A DNA stretch of 64,000 bases from Ranitomeya imitator (GCF_032444005.1 NC_091290.1:132122001-132186000); one strand, 5' to 3'. Positions 23,301-36,868 are shown, numbered from the stretch's first letter. The notes: generated from the letters alone by a model not told the origin. Made by a program: numbers and translations.

Positions 23301-26300
23301 GGGATCCTAGTTAATGATAAACTTACCTGGAGCAGCCAGTGCCAGGCAGCAGCTGCCAAGGCAAACAGGATCATGGGGTGCATTAAAAGAGGTCTGGATA
23401 CACATGATGAGAGCATTATACTGCCTCTGTACAAATCCCTAGTTAGACCGCACATGGAGTACTGTGTCCAGTTTTGGGCACCGGTGCTCAGGAAGGATAT
23501 AATGGAACTAGAGAGAGTACAAAGGAGGGCAACAAAATTAATAAAGGGGATGGGAGAACTACAATACCCAGATAGATTAGCGAAATTAGGATTATTTAGT
23601 CTAGAAAAAAGACGACTGAGGGGCGATCTAATAACCATGTATAAGTATATAAGGGGACAATACAAATATCTCGCTGAGGATCTGTTTATACCAAGGAAGG
23701 TGACGGGCACAAGGGGGCATTCTTTGCGTCTGGAGGAGAGAAGGTTTTTCCACCAACATAGAAGAGGATTCTTTACTGTTAGGGCAGTGAGAATCTGGAA
23801 TTGCTTGCCTGAGGAGGTGGTGATGGCGAACTCAGTCGAGGGGTTCAAGAGAGGCCTGGATGTCTTCCTGGAGCAGAACAATATTGTATCATACAATTAT
23901 TAGGTTCTGTAGAAGGACGTAGATCTGGGTATTTATTATGATGGAATATAGGCTGAACTGGATGGACAAATGTCTTTTTTCGGCCTTACTATGTTACTAT
24001 GTTACTACGTGACTGGGCAATATACTACGTGTCTGGGCAGTATACTACGTGACTGGGCAGTATACTACGTGTCTGGGCAGTATACTACGTGGCTGGGCAA
24101 TATACTACGTGTCTGGGCAGTATACTACGTGACTGAGCAATATACTACGTGTCTGGGCAGTATACTACGTGGCTGGGCAATATACTACGTGGCTGGGCAA
24201 TATACTACGTGACTGGGCAATATACTACGTGACTGGGCAATATACTACGTGACTGGGCAATATACTACGTGGCTGGGCAATATACTACGTGACTGGGCAA
24301 TATACTACGTGGCTGGGCAATATACTACGTGACTGGGCAATATACTACGTGGCTGGGCAATATACTACGTCGCTGGGCAATATACTACGTGACTGGGCAA
24401 TATACTACGTGACTGGGCAATATACTACGTGGCTGGGCAATATACTACGTGGCTGGGCAATATAGTACGTGACTGGGCAATATACTACGTGGCTGGGCAG
24501 TATACTACGTGGCTGGGCAATATACTACGTGACTGGGCAATATAGTACGTGACTGGGCAATATACTACGTGACTGGGCAATATACTACGTGGCTGGGCAA
24601 TATACTACGTGACTGGGCAATATACTATGTGGCTGGGCAATATACTACGTGACTGGGCAATATACTACGTGACTGGGCAATATACTACGTGACTGGGCAA
24701 TATACTACGTGACTGGGCAATATACTACGTGGCTGGGCAATATACTACGTGACTGGGCAATATACTACGTGACTGGGCAATATAGTACGTGACTGGGCAA
24801 TATCGTGGCTGGGCAATATACTACGTGGCTGGGCAATATACTACGTGACTGGGCAATATACAACGTGACTGGGCAATATACTACGTGACTGGGCAATATA
24901 CTACATGACTGGGCAATATACTACGTGGCTGGGCAATATAGTACGTGACTGGGCAATATACTACGTGGCTGGGCAATATAGTACGTGACTGGGCAATATA
25001 CTACGTGGCTGGGCAATATACTACGTGGCTGGGCAATATACTACGTGGCTGGGCAATATACTACGTGACTGGGCAATATAGTACGTGACTGGGCAATATA
25101 CTACGTGGCTGGGCAGTATACTACGTGACTGGGCAATATACTACGTGGCTGGGCAATATACTACGTGACTGGGCGATATAGTACGTGACTGGGCAGTATA
25201 CTACGTGGCTGGGCAGTATACTACGTGGCTGGGCAATATACTACGTGACTGGGCAATATAATACGTGACTGGGCAATATACTACGTGACTGGGCAATATA
25301 CTACGTGGCTGGGCAATATACTACGTGGCTGGGCAATATACTACGTGGCTGGGCAATATACTACGTGGTTGGGCAATATACTACGTGGCTGGGCAATATA
25401 CTACGTGACTGGGCAATATACTACGTGACTGGACAATATACTACGTGGCTGGGCAATATACTACGTGGCTGGGCAATATACTACGTGACTGGGCAATATA
25501 CTACGTGGCTGGGCAATATACTACGTGTCTGGGCAGTATACTACGTGACTGGACAATATACTACGTGGCTGGGCAATATACTACGTGGCTGGGCAATATA
25601 CTACGTGACTGGGCAATATAGTACGTGGCTGGGCAATATACTACGTGACTGGACAATATACTACGTGGCTGGGCAATATACTACGTGACTGGGCAATATA
25701 CTACGTGACTGGGCAATATACTACGTGGCTGGGCAATATACTACGTGACTGGGCAATATACTACGTGACTGGGCAATATACTACATAGCTGGGCAATATA
25801 CTACATGGCTGGGCAATATACTACGTGGCTGGGCAATATACTACGTGACTGGGCAATATACTACGTGACTGGACAATATACTACGTGGCTGGGCAATATA
25901 CTACGTGGCTGGGCAATATACTACGTGACTGGGCAATATACTACGTGGCTGGGCAATATACTACGTGTCTGGGCAGTATACTACGTGACTGGACAATATA
26001 CTACGTGGCTGGGCAATATACTACGTGGCTGGGCAATATACTACGTGACTGGGCAATATAGTACGTGGCTGGGCAATATACTACGTGCCTGGACAATATA
26101 CTACGTGGCTGGGCAATATACTACGTGACTGGGCAATATACTACGTGACTGGGCAATATACTACGTGGCTGGGCAATATACTACGTGACTGGGCAATATA
26201 CTACGTGGCTGGGCAATATACTACGTGACTGGGCAATATACTACGTGGCTGGGCAATATACTACGTGACTGGGCAATATACTACGTGACTGGGCAATATA

Positions 26301-29300
26301 GTACGTGACTGGGCAATATACTACGTGACTGGGCAATATACTACGTGGCTGGGCAATATACTACGTGGCTGGGCAATATACTACGTGGCTGGGCAATATA
26401 CTACGTGGTTGGGCAATATACTACGTGGCTGGGCAATATACTACGTGACTGGGCAATATACTACGTGACTGGACAATATACTACGTGGCTGGGCAATATA
26501 CTACGTGGCTGGGCAATATACTACGTGACTGGGCAATATACTACGTGGCTGGGCAATATACTACGTGTCTGGGCAGTATACTACGTGACTGGACAATATA
26601 CTACGTGGCTGGGCAATATACTACGTGGCTGGGCAATATACTACGTGACTGGGCAATATAGTACGTGGCTGGGCAATATACTACGTGACTGGACAATATA
26701 CTACGTGGCTGGGCAATATACTACGTGACTGGGCAATAAACTACGTGACTGGGCAATATACTACGTGGCTGGGCAATATACTACGTGACTGGGCAATATA
26801 CTACGTGACTGGGCAATATACTACATAGCTGGGCAATATACTACGTGGCTGGGCAATATACTACGTGGCTGGGCAATATACTACGTGACTGGGCAATATA
26901 CTACGTGACTGGACAATATACTACGTGGCTGGGCAATATACTACGTGACTGGGCAATATACTACGTGGCTGGGCAATATACTACGTGTCTGGGCAGTATA
27001 CTACGTGACTGGACAATATACTACGTGGCTGGGCAATATACTACGTGGCTGGGCAATATACTACGTGACTGGGCAATATAGTACGTGGCTGGGCAATATA
27101 CTACGTGACTGGACAATATACTACGTAACTGGGCAATATACTACGTGACTGGGCAATATACTACGTGGCTGGGCAATATACTACGTGACTGGGCAATATA
27201 CTACGTGACTGGGCAATATACTACGTGACTGGGCAATATACTACGTGGCTGGGCAATATACTACGTGACTGGGCAATATACTACGTGACTGGGCAATATA
27301 CTACATAGCTGGGCAATATACTACGTGGCTGGGCAATATACTACGTGGCTGGGCAATATACTACGTGACTGGGCAATATACTACGTGGCTGGGCAATATA
27401 CTACGTGACTGGGCAATACACTACGTGACTGGGCAATATACTACGTGGCTGGGCAATATACTACGTGACTGGGCAATATACTACGTGACTGGGCAATATA
27501 CTACGTGACTGGGCAATATACTACGTGACTGGGCAATATACTACGTGGCTGGGCAATATACTACGTGGCTGGGCAATATACTACGTGGCTGGGCAATATA
27601 CTACGTGGCTGGGCAATATACTACGTGACTGGGCAATATAGTACGTGACTGGGCAATATACTACGTGACTGGGCAATATACTACGTGGCTGGGCAATATA
27701 CTACGTGGCTGGGCAATATACTACGTGACTGGGCAATATACTACGTGGCTGGGCAATATACTACGTGGCTAGGCAATATACTACGTGACTGGGCAATATA
27801 GTACGTGACTGGGCAATATACTACGTGACTGGGCAATATACTACGTGGCTGGGCAATATACTACGTGACTGGGCAATATACTACGTGACTGGGCAATATA
27901 CTACGTGACTGGGCAATATACTACGTGGCTGGGCAATATACTACGTGGCTGGGCAATATACTACGTGGCTGGGCAATATACTACGTGACTGGGCAATATA
28001 GTACGTGACTGGGCAATATACTACGTGACTGGGCAATATACTACGTGGCTGGGCAATATACTACGTGGCTGGGCAATATACTACGTGACTGGGCAATATA
28101 CTACGTGGTTGGGCAATATACTACGTGACTGGGCAATATAGTACGTGGCTGGGCAATATACTACGTGACTGGACAATATACTACGTGACTGGACAATATA
28201 CTACGTGGCTGGGCAATATACTACGTGACTGGGCAATATAGTACGTGACTGGGCAATATACTACGTGGCTGGGCAATATACTACGTGGCTGGGCAATATA
28301 CTACGTGGCTGGGCAATATACTACGTGGTTGGGCAATATACTACGTGGCTGGGCAATATACTACGTGACTGGGCAATATACTACGTGACTGGACAATATA
28401 CTACGTGGCTGGGCAATATACTACGTGGCTGGGCAATATACTACGTGACTGGGCAATATACTACGTGGCTGGGCAATATACTACGTGTCTGGGCAGTATA
28501 CTACGTGACTGGACAATATACTACGTGGCTGGGCAATATACTACGTGGCTGGGCAATATACTACGTGACTGGGCAATATAGTACGTGGCTGGGCAATATA
28601 CTACGTGACTGGACAATATACTACGTGGCTGGGCAATATACTACGTGACTGGGCAATATACTACGTGACTGGGCAATATACTACGTGGCTGGGCAATATA
28701 CTACGTGACTGGGCAATATACTACGTGACTGGGCAATATACTACATAGCTGGGCAATATACTACATGGCTGGGCAATATACTACGTGGCTGGGCAATATA
28801 CTACGTGACTGGGCAATATACTACGTGACTGGACAATATACTACGTGGCTGGGCAATATACTACGTGGCTGGGCAATATACTACGTGACTGGGCAATATA
28901 CTACGTGGCTGGGCAATATACTACGTGTCTGGGCAGTATACTACGTGACTGGACAATATACTACGTGGCTGGGCAATATACTACGTGGCTGGGCAATATA
29001 CTACGTGACTGGGCAATATAGTACGTGGCTGGGCAATATACTACGTGCCTGGACAATATACTACGTGGCTGGGCAATATACTACGTGACTGGGCAATATA
29101 CTACGTGACTGGGCAATATACTACGTGGCTGGGCAATATACTACGTGACTGGGCAATATACTACGTGGCTGGGCAATATACTACGTGACTGGGCAATATA
29201 CTACGTGGCTGGGCAATATACTACGTGACTGGGCAATATACTACGTGACTGGGCAATATAGTACGTGACTGGGCAATATACTACGTGACTGGGCAATATA

Positions 29301-31507
29301 CTACGTGGCTGGGCAATATACTACGTGGCTGGGCAATATACTACGTGGCTGGGCAATATACTACGTGGTTGGGCAATATACTACGTGGCTGGGCAATATA
29401 CTACGTGACTGGGCAATATACTACGTGACTGGACAATATACTACGTGGCTGGGCAATATACTACGTGGCTGGGCAATATACTACGTGACTGGGCAATATA
29501 CTACGTGGCTGGGCAATATACTACGTGTCTGGGCAGTATACTACGTGACTGGACAATATACTACGTGGCTGGGCAATATACTACGTGGCTGGGCAATATA
29601 CTACGTGACTGGGCAATATAGTACGTGGCTGGGCAATATACTACGTGACTGGACAATATACTACGTGGCTGGGCAATATACTACGTGACTGGGCAATAAA
29701 CTACGTGACTGGGCAATATACTACGTGGCTGGGCAATATACTACGTGACTGGGCAATATACTACGTGACTGGGCAATATACTACATAGCTGGGCAATATA
29801 CTACGTGGCTGGGCAATATACTACGTGGCTGGGCAATATACTACGTGACTGGGCAATATACTACGTGACTGGACAATATACTACGTGGCTGGGCAATATA
29901 CTACGTGACTGGGCAATATACTACGTGGCTGGGCAATATACTACGTGTCTGGGCAGTATACTACGTGACTGGACAATATACTACGTGGCTGGGCAATATA
30001 CTACGTGGCTGGGCAATATACTACGTGACTGGGCAATATAGTACGTGGCTGGGCAATATACTACGTGACTGGACAATATACTACGTAACTGGGCAATATA
30101 CTACGTGACTGGGCAATATACTACGTGGCTGGGCAATATACTACGTGACTGGGCAATATACTACGTGACTGGGCAATATACTACGTGACTGGGCAATATA
30201 CTACGTGGCTGGGCAATATACTACGTGACTGGGCAATATACTACGTGACTGGGCAATATACTACATAGCTGGGCAATATACTACGTGGCTGGGCAATATA
30301 CTACGTGGCTGGGCAATATACTACGTGACTGGGCAATATACTACGTGGCTGGGCAATATACTACGTGACTGGGCAATACACTACGTGACTGGGCAATATA
30401 CTACGTGGCTGGGCAATATACTACGTGACTGGGCAATATACTACGTGACTGGGCAATATACTACGTGACTGGGCAATATACTACGTGACTGGGCAATATA
30501 CTACGTGGCTGGGCAATATACTACGTGGCTGGGCAATATACTACGTGGCTGGGCAATATACTACGTGGCTGGGCAATATACTACGTGACTGGGCAATATA
30601 GTACGTGACTGGGCAATATACTACGTGACTGGGCAATATACTACGTGGCTGGGCAATATACTACGTGGCTGGGCAATATACTACGTGACTGGGCAATATA
30701 CTACGTGGCTGGGCAATATACTACGTGGCTAGGCAATATACTACGTGACTGGGCAATATAGTACGTGACTGGGCAATATACTACGTGACTGGGCAATATA
30801 CTACGTGGCTGGGCAATATACTACGTGACTGGGCAATATACTACGTGACTGGGCAATATACTACGTGACTGGGCAATATACTACGTGGCTGGGCAATATA
30901 CTACGTGGCTGGGCAATATACTACGTGGCTGGGCAATATACTACGTGACTGGGCAATATAGTACGTGACTGGGCAATATACTACGTGGCTGGGCAATATA
31001 CTACGTGGCTGGGCAATATACTACGTGACTGGGCAATATACTACGTCACTAGGCAATATACTACGTGGCTGGGCAATATACTACGTGGCTGGGCAATATA
31101 CTACGTGACTGGGCAATATACTACGTGGCTGGGCAATATACTACGTGGCTGGGCAATATACTACGTGGCTGGGCAATATACTACGTGACTGGGCAATATA
31201 GTACGTGACTGGGCAATATACTACGTGGCTGGGCAATATACTACGTGACTGGGCAATATTCTACGTGACTGGGCAATATACTACGTCACTAGGCAATATA
31301 CTACGTGGCTGGGCAATATACTACGTGACTGGGCAATATACTACGTGACTGGGCAATATACTACGTGGCTGGGCAATATACTACGTGGCTGGGCAATATA
31401 CTACGTGACTGGGCAATATAGTACGTGACTGGGCAATATACTACGTGACTGGACAATATACTACGTGACTGGGCAATATACTACGTGGCTGGGCAATATA
31501 CTACGTG
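20345..31507. repeat. 20-bp satellite CTACGTG(G/A)CTGGGCAATATA, about 435 copies (20345-21545 and 24003-31507)
   Basis: Directly visible strict 20-bp period. Confidence 0.97.
21546..24002 (+). mobile_element. 5'-truncated CR1 LINE with an uninterrupted ORF2 remnant (21546-23903)
   Basis: End of endonuclease (YPDINWE, LDLILSN, GNSDH), full RT ([38 protein letters not shown]), 3' UTR and (TTACTATG)n tail; TACTAC on both flanks. Confidence 0.95.
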
Positions 31508-31890
31508 GACATGCATATTCTAGAATACCGGATGCGTTAGAATCGGGCCACCATCTAGTATAACATAAGCTGGGACCTGTTGTACCATATAACATAAACT
31601 GGAACTTGTAGTACCACATATACAGATGCTGGGATCTGTAGTACCATCTACGTAGTGTTTACGCCCAATACTTGCCAGTTTTACCTCACAAAACCCAGTA
31701 ATTATGAGGACTAACCTTCCTGCCTCTTTATAACGTTACTACTATAGAGCGCTGTGCACAGTGCACACTGTACACCGCCGCCATTACTATCGGTTACCTC
31801 AACTACAGCACGTATTCGTAACGTATTGGGAGTGGGACATACCAAGTATGTTTGTAGAACCCCCCCCCCTTCCCTTTGGACTATTCCGGT

Positions 31891-32031
31891 CACATGATCT
31901 AATTTTCCCGCGAAATCCGACTTCCACGCTGCGTTCTATTCAGGACCGTGGACCAATCGCAGAGCTCGCAGTCGGTGACGTCACGCCCCGGGGCTCTCTG
32001 CACTCAGCGCTGAGGCTGTAGTGTTTCGCGG
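31891..32031 (+). promoter_or_regulatory. CDT1 proximal promoter with E2F, CCAAT and CRE motifs
   Basis: Overlapping two-way E2F site TTTTCCCGCGAAA (31903-31915), CCAAT (31953-31957), TGACGTCA (31976-31983), TTTCGCGG (32024-32031). CDT1 is a known E2F target. Confidence 0.7.
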
Positions 32032-32055
32032 GTGTTCGCTGTGTGAGGGGGCGAC

Positions 32056-35000
32056 ATGGAGCAGATGAGAGTTACCGATTACTTCGGGCAGCGGAAGCGG
32101 CCAGCAGCACGAGGGAACCCGGGGACTAAACGGAGGAAGGTGCAGGAGGCGGTGAAGTTAGAAGACTTGCTGCGGCCGCCCAGCACTCCGGAGCAGCCCG
32201 AGCCGCCTGTTCCCTTCTCCCTCCTTCCCAGCAGCAAGAAGCGGGGCCGGCAGCACTCAGACCCGGAGGTGACGGGCAAGAGGTCCGCGCGGAAGAAGCT
32301 GAAGCTCCCCGAAGAGGAGCCCCAGGTACGCCGCCATGTTTAATGTGGGCACCGGTGCAGCCAATCAGATTCCAGCTTTCATTTTGTCACATGAAAGCTG
32401 CATTCTGATTGGCTGTTCTCTGCACTTCCTGTTTTTTTTTTTTTTGCAGCACAAGGCCTGAGTGTACTTCCTGTGAGGGCACCAGGTGGTCACATAGGGG
32501 CAGACCCCTCCCCGTGCCCCATAGAAAACTAAGGGACCTCTGCCTAGGATTAAAATTGGGTGCAGAGGAAAAATAAAGTTATTTGTCTCAAAAAATAAAT
32601 AGCCATATGATGTCTAGGGGTCTAATCATAATGGAGGGTCTGCAATTTTTGGGTCCCAGTTACAGCCTCTAGAAGTGTACAGAGCAGTGTTAGAGGTGGC
32701 AGCGCTCACTGAGTGCCCTGCAGACATCTGATCTGTGGGGTGAGGGGGTCTCTGTGGGTCGGACCCCTGCTTATCTAGTAATGATTGCCCACCCTATGTA
32801 TCTGCCATCCATATTAAAATCCTAGTAAGTTCTGGACGCACAGCATGAGCAGTTAGTCGCCATATTTAAAGGTGTAGTGTTAAGTTTGGAAGCCATACCT
32901 GGGAGTCTAATTGACCCTGACAATCGGGTGTTATTATACTACTGTATGGAGCCCATGATCGACCTCCTCTCCATTAACACGGGACTCTTCAGAGCCTCAG
33001 TCCTCAGGATTGGTGGGGGGTCTCATTGGTCGTACCCCCAATGATCAGGAAGTTATCTCCCATCATATAGAAAGGATATAACTTACAAACATGAGTATAT
33101 CCCAGGTCCGGATACATTGATGACTTTTCCATAGGTCATTAATATCAGATTGGTCGGGGGTGGCAACATTTGGCTGCCCCACTGATCATCTGCTGCAAGC
33201 ACTGTAGGGGCCACTGCTAAATACTGCGGAACAGCTCCTATCCTATAGATGGATATTAGTACTGTATATCCTGTCTTAAAAATCCCTTTAAATAAAAGGA
33301 GAATCTAATCGATTTTTTTTTTTCTTCTCTCCCTTCACCCCCAGTGTTTGAGTCCTTGCTCCAAAACAGAAGTCCAACATGAGACACCTTCATCTTTGGG
33401 GAAGAAAATAAAGGACTTTGTCAATGTGTCTCTGTCTCCCCAAAGTGGCACACTGCAGATCGGTCTGGCAGTGCCAGAGGCGAAGGTAAGTGGCAGGAAT
33501 GGGACATAGACCAAATCTATACAGCGAGAAAGGGGTTAAGCAGACTTGACAAATGAGTATCGGCACAACCCCTTTGAAGCTTTTGGTGACTTGCGCTTCT
33601 TTTTGCAATAAATGTATTTTTTGGCAGAGTTCTGTAATGGATTTGCGTTGTCACTGCTGCAACATGTGAACATGTCCAAAATAAAAATAGTTTATCACAT
33701 TACTATATAGATTGGTCTTCCTAAAACAGTAAGTGCATGGACTTCAACATCCGGCCCTCTCAGAGCACGTTGAAACTCCTACAAAGTGCTGTATCTGTGT
33801 AGTGGCTGTTTTGGGGTAATGCAGCTCGGCTCCTTATCACTTCAATGGGACCTGAGCTACAGTATTAAAGAACAGTCACTACACCGTGTGCAGGGCTGTG
33901 CTGTCCTGGCTCCATACACTCTGTACACCCAGCTGCCTGATTAGTGGGGAGTGTCATGGGTCATAATTAAGCCCCTGATGACCCCTTTAATGTGTTCTCT
34001 TGCTTTATTGATGCACCTTTCATGCTATTTCTTGCATCCAGGTTTCATCCAAGGAGAATCTGGATCTAAAATCTCGATTGCAGAAGATACAGGAGCTCGG
34101 TCAAAGACTAAAAGTTCCTGCTGCTCCACTCGAGAGCAAAGTTACAATCACAGACTTAAAGACAAGACTCAAACAAGCACAAGCCCTCGAGTCCAAGATC
34201 AGGGAGAGGAAAGCCGAGAAGCAGATAGTCGAGCATCAACAGGAGCCAAACAGGGAAAGGTGAGACGTTCCAGGAAGATTTGTGGATTCTGTGACTTGTA
34301 GTGTTGGATCTTTCTCAATAACAGCCTCCTATAGTAGGGTCTTTCCAGGCAGGTCACCATTCCTCCTGTCTTGCAGTGAGAAGGCTCCGGCCTATGAGCG
34401 ATTCCACACCCTCGCCCAGGATGTTCCGCCTGGACTGTCGCTACCTTTCAGGTACAAAGTGTTGGCAGAAATGTTCCGCAGCATGGACACCATTGTCGGG
34501 ATGCTCTGCAACCGATCTGAGACCGTCACCTTCTCCAAAGTGAAGCAGGGAGTCCAGGACATGATGCGCAAGTGAGTATTATATTTCTATTCACACATTA
34601 GAACCATAAACTATAGACCTGTCATATTTAAAAATAAAAAAATACCATTTTTTTTTCTGTATCTTGCAGACAGTTTGAGGAACGTAACGTTGGACAGATT
34701 AAAACCGTTTACCCGACGGCCTACAAGTTTAGACAGGAGAAGAATATTCCCACCTTCAAGAATGGCGAGAAGAAGTCGGATTATCATCTCACTGTGGAGC
34801 CGATTGTTCCGGAAGGTGAATTGTTAATTTTATAATGTGGATGTCTGACTTCTGACATTACTTGACGATTTCTTAAAGTGAGTCTGTTACCCCCCAAAAT
34901 GAAAAATTCAGCTACTTAAACATTTATATAGGGGACTTAGCCCCAGTAATATACATTTTAGTGTTGTATTTGCTGAAACATTTACTTTTTTATCTATATG

Positions 35001-36868
35001 CCAATGTTGGAGCTTCAGTTCACCATTACATCTTCCGTTACCTTATCTTGATTGACAGCGCTCACTTTCTCACAGCAAGATGCCTTTACTCAAATCTCTG
35101 GTCCTGCACGTGCACCCTAACATTGTAGGTGCCCCGTAGTGTGGAATCTGAGCGGAGGTCGCCCCCGGAGCTCTGGTTCATGTCTGCAGCATCAGGAGTA
35201 GAAATTGGCATCCATAGACTGGCACTAAAGTGCATTTTGGGGGGTGACAAACTCTCTTTAAAATGTGGACTTTTCGTTCTTGCCTGTTCTGACACTTCTT
35301 AATATCTTGATCTTGTAGAGGATAAATTGGACGGTCGCCTTCAGCTCACTGCGAGTCGCCTCCTGGAGCGCAGGAAGTTCTTCCATAGAAGCCTTACTGA
35401 TATCGTGAAGCAGCACCACAGAGTAAGTGCTGGGTGCTGTGCACATGCCTGCGCCATATTACTACACTTCCAGAATCTAATCTTCTCCTGTCCCATCCTA
35501 TAGTCTTTCTTGGAGACATTGAATCCCCCCATGGTGGTGCCTGACTATCAGCTGACCCGCTGGCACCCCCGATTTAACGTTGATGAAGTCCCAGATGTCG
35601 TGGCAGCTGAACTTCCACAACCGCCCCAAGTGCAAAAGCTAAGCACCGCACAGGAGGTGCTGACTAAAGCTAGAGGATTGATGACCCCGAAGGTGAGTCT
35701 TGAGCTAATTTATTTCCTTTGTTCTGTGCATATTTCTTTATTGTATTTAATTATGTGCACAACTTTTACCTCTTATCTGCAGATGGAAAAGGCCCTGGCA
35801 GATTTAGCTTTAAGAAATGCAGAGACCAATGCTGAAGACACAAAGCCTGCACCTTCAGCAGAGCCTAAACCTGCTGCTGCTGCACCCAGTGCCCTGAAAG
35901 GAGTGTCCCAGTCCTTACTGGAAAGGGTAGGTATAGTTTAGAGAATGCATTTTCCTAACAATGGTCCAGCGGTCACGTTGGCAGTTGGAGAGAAGTCCTG
36001 TATAATAGCTTCCTACCTGCTGGAATCTCTGGTGCCTCTTCTAATTTATTTACCACCGGTGTAATGCACACACATCATATCGGGCCTACTCGTCGGATAA
36101 CAGCAGATGGGTGGGAACTCGGGACTCTCCTGACGACCGCTGGACCAGGGTTTTGCTCAGCATAGTCTTGAAGAATTCTATCCTAGGAGTGTCCAGTCTG
36201 TAATGCTCTCTGCTTTTTAGATACGTGCTAAAGAGGCGCAGAAGCTTCAAGCCATTATGACCCGTAAACCCCAGCAAGAAGAACGTCTCCTTATGATGTC
36301 CAGGCTCCCGGAGCTTGCCCGCATCCTGCGTAATGTGTTTGTGGCAGAGAAGAAGCCAGCCCTGACTGCAGAAGTTGTGTGCGACCGTATAATCTCCAGT
36401 TACCGATCTTCAATGTCAGCAGGTATGGAAAAGATTCATCAATGGTGTTCGGCTTAGGCTATAAAATCAGTGGGGGGGGGGGGGGGGGGGATACACCTTA
36501 CTGATGCCAGAACATTAACATCCAAAGGGTGGAAACCCCTTTCCATCTGACAAAGGTGCAGAATACAGCATCGTGCACCTTATATCAGATGGTTCTGGGA
36601 TATGTCATGGTTTTTGTTCACTAATGGCAATCTGAGATCTTGCATATGGCATTGATGATTTGGTCTGATGTCACCCTTGTTTTTTTTTTTTTTTGCCCCC
36701 GTAGGAGAAATGGAGAAACATCTGTCGTTACTGGTGGAGCTGCTCCCAGGCTGGCTCACCATTCATCCCATCAGGAAGGATACTTACTACAAACTCAACA
36801 AGACAACGGACTTGAATCTGATTTTGGAAAGACTGGACAAAAAAATGAAGGAAGAGTCGTCTCACTAA
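32056..36868 (+). CDS. CDT1: DNA replication licensing factor Cdt1, 10 exons: 32056-32325, 33345-33485, 34042-34259, 34377-34571, 34670-34815, 35319-35422, 35504-35692, 35783-35926, 36221-36422, 36705-36868 (1773 nt, 590 aa)
   Basis: N-terminal PIP degron [12 protein letters not shown] (TD motif, basic residue at +4), Cy-like ARKKLKL, geminin-binding region EKAPAYERF...[20 protein letters not shown] motif, C-terminal winged helix [18 protein letters not shown]. All introns GT-AG with matching phases; ends in TAA. Confidence 0.96.
34877..35257. mobile_element. TTAA-target MITE in CDT1 intron 5
   Basis: TTAA|AGTGAGTCTGTTACCCCCC ... GGGGGGTGACAAACTCTCT|TTAA. Confidence 0.7.

Larger units (their letters stand above)
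20195..31558 (+). mobile_element. Helitron family A, copy 3 (5'-truncated) with a greatly expanded 20-bp array and a CR1 insertion
   Basis: 20195-20345 matches 7435-7590 of copy 2; ends TTCTAGAATACCGGATGCGTTAGAATCGGGCCACCATCTAG|T like copy 1. Confidence 0.85.

Noticed and set aside
20345-31507. CRISPR-like array or coding repeats (GQYTTWLGNILRGWAIYYV ORFs)
   Set aside because: Head-to-tail 20-mers without unique spacers, in vertebrate DNA with no cas genes; the ORFs are by-products of the repeat.
36472-36490. G19 run in CDT1 intron 9
   Set aside because: A simple homopolymer, prone to sequencing error, with no supporting context.
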